NCBI GenBank assembly: GCA_977020255.1
Contig: CDROCS010000506.1
Span: forward strand, 682,001 to 746,000
DNA length: 64,000 nt
Source of the DNA: Obrimoposthia wandeli
Lineage: Eukaryota
Direction: 5' to 3'
In this document: piece by piece, positions 62,711 through 64,000 of the stretch
Layout of the letters: each line of letters opens with the position of its first letter
How positions within the stretch are numbered: position 1 is the first letter of the stretch
Position numbers and translations under genes: made by a program
Notes under the pieces: model-generated
Databases searched by the model: none
The model's input: only the letters and a program-made list of their open reading frames with translations
What the model was told of the DNA's origin: nothing

Positions 62711-62742
62711 AGTTTAAAACATAATTTAGAATACCGAATACC

Positions 62743-62780
62743 AAGCCCCAATCGTTGAGCAATCAGCATTGGGGCTTTTT
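62743..62780 (+). terminator. Intrinsic terminator of glmS
   Basis: aagccccaat...attggggcttttt. Confidence 0.8.
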
Positions 62781-62863
62781 GGTTTATGGCTATAGTTGAT
62801 ATATAATCAAAATAAATTTAGGGTCACTTTATAGTATTTATTGATATTAAGGGGGTAATAGGC

Positions 62864-63769
62864 GTGAATATAGAGCACCTGAAACTATTTGTGCAATTGG
62901 CTACCACCAATAATATTAGCTTAGCTGGACAAGAGTTTAATTTATCTCCTGCTGTCGCAAGTTCGTATATAAGTAAACTTGAAAAGAGCCTCAGGGTACG
63001 TTTAGTTTACCGAACAACTCGGAAAGTATCATTAACCGAAGATGGTCATGCCTTTCTTCCTCATGCCAAAGAAGTTCTGAGCACTATTGAAACAGCTTTA
63101 GCATCGGTGGGCGTAGGAGATATAAGCCCTAGAGGAACCTTAAGAATTGCAGCTCCCGCTTCATTTGGTCGCATGCATATTGTCCCTATCATAAAAGAAT
63201 TTTTATCTCGTTATCCGGATCTTAACATTGACATACGACTTACCGATAAAGTTGTCGATTTAGTCGAAGGTGGGTTTGATGTCGCGATCCGTAACGCACC
63301 GCTAAAAGATTCTAATTTAGTTGCTCGTCGACTTGCTCCCGACAAACGTATTATATGCGCATCTCCAAGTTATCTTGCCGAGTTTGGAGAGCCCAGTTCA
63401 CCCAGCGAGTTATTAGATCACCAATGCGTTATATTAACGGGTATTGAAACTTGGGGATTTGATACCGCAGAGGGTCAGATAAACATTAGAGCACGCGGTA
63501 ATTTTAGAACCGATAATGGCGAAGCGATGAGAGATGCATGTGTGAGCGGTTTAGGTATAGCCATCAATGCAACATGGAGTGTATACCAGAATATAGAGCG
63601 CGGCGAATTAGTACAAATATTAAAGGAGCACACTCTCGTGCCAAGCAGCGCAATTTGGGCGGTGTACCCAAGTACACAATTATTAGCCCCAAAAGTAAGA
63701 GCTTTCATCGATTATTTATCATCCCAATACGGTGATCACCCATACTGGGATAATAAACTTGATTGCTGA
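62864..63769 (+). CDS. LysR-family regulator (CrgA/DmlR-like)
   Basis: GTG start; LSPAVASSYISKLE, RTTRKVSLTEDG, GTLRIAAPASFGRMH, VDLVEGGFDVAIR, KVRAFIDYL. Confidence 0.92.
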   Translation: MNIEHLKLFVQLATTNNISLAGQEFNLSPAVASSYISKLEKSLRVRLVYRTTRKVSLTEDGHAFLPHAKEVLSTIETALASVGVGDISPRGTLRIAAPASFGRMHIVPIIKEFLSRYPDLNIDIRLTDKVVDLVEGGFDVAIRNAPLKDSNLVARRLAPDKRIICASPSYLAEFGEPSSPSELLDHQCVILTGIETWGFDTAEGQINIRARGNFRTDNGEAMRDACVSGLGIAINATWSVYQNIERGELVQILKEHTLVPSSAIWAVYPSTQLLAPKVRAFIDYLSSQYGDHPYWDNKLDC

Positions 63770-63804
63770 TGTTATTCACTTAATAGCGAGTCATTTGATT
63801 AGCT

Positions 63805-64000
63805 CTATATTTGCTTTGCTTCTCTGCTCAATACAGCCCTCAGCAATTTCTCCGTGTGCAGCCACAAGGCTTTCTGAACATCTATATCGTATGCCTGCTC
63901 ATTCGCTTTAGCGAGTTGCAACAGTGAGAAATATTTTCCTGTCACACCATTAAGTTCAGGCCTGCACGCTAAATATAATTGTGTAAGCGCGCCAGATTCA
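63805..64000 (-). CDS. 3' end of a short-chain dehydrogenase/reductase (retinol dehydrogenase/WWOX-like), truncated by window edge
   Basis: Manual translation from 63999: ESGALTQLYLACRPELNGVTGKYFSLLQLAKANEQAYDIDVQKALWLHTEKLL...QI*; matches the GA.T.LYLA..P....SGKYF......LW tail of that SDR subfamily. Confidence 0.75.
   Translation of the reverse strand, partial: ESGALTQLYLACRPELNGVTGKYFSLLQLAKANEQAYDIDVQKALWLHTEKLLRAVLSREAKQI

Noticed and set aside
62697-62780. Tn7 transposon end downstream of glmS
   Set aside because: No iterated TnsB sites, no 5-bp target duplication, no tns genes, and the native terminator is intact.

Overview
64-kb window of ordinary chromosome from an AT-rich gamma-proteobacterium (gene content and synteny look Moritella/Shewanella/Vibrio-like; this is inference only). 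No rRNA, tRNA, CRISPR array, integrase or transposase is visible. From left to right: (1) a 0.6-11.8 kb stretch rich in glutathione/electrophile-stress genes (aldo-keto reductase, ggt, kefGB, curA, GST) plus two outer-membrane barrels; (2) a secreted parallel beta-helix protein and a zinc-starvation island with three Zur boxes (metal ABC transporter with a 24-His loop, converging on a ZevAB-like pair); (3) an HxlR regulator / aldehyde dehydrogenase / 2OG-Fe(II) dioxygenase module; (4) a complete Lap/Bpf c-di-GMP-controlled adhesion locus: a ~17.5-kb RTX adhesin gene (retention module with TAAG LapG site, 7+2+~34 Ig-like repeats, PA14, VWA, RTX) followed by a type I secretion system, OmpA lipoprotein, lapG and lapD. 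The middle of the 300-bp repeat array is riddled with indels in a pattern that looks like a sequence-consensus artefact rather than a real pseudogene; (5) a GntR-boxed TRAP transporter-gntK-gntR-gnd gluconate module; (6) a His/Cys-type monoheme cytochrome lipoprotein, azlCD, LysR plus secreted alkyl sulfatase, a stand-alone glmS with a motif-dense upstream region, a LysR, and the 3' end of an SDR gene. Protein family calls come from motif recognition by eye; no database search was run.
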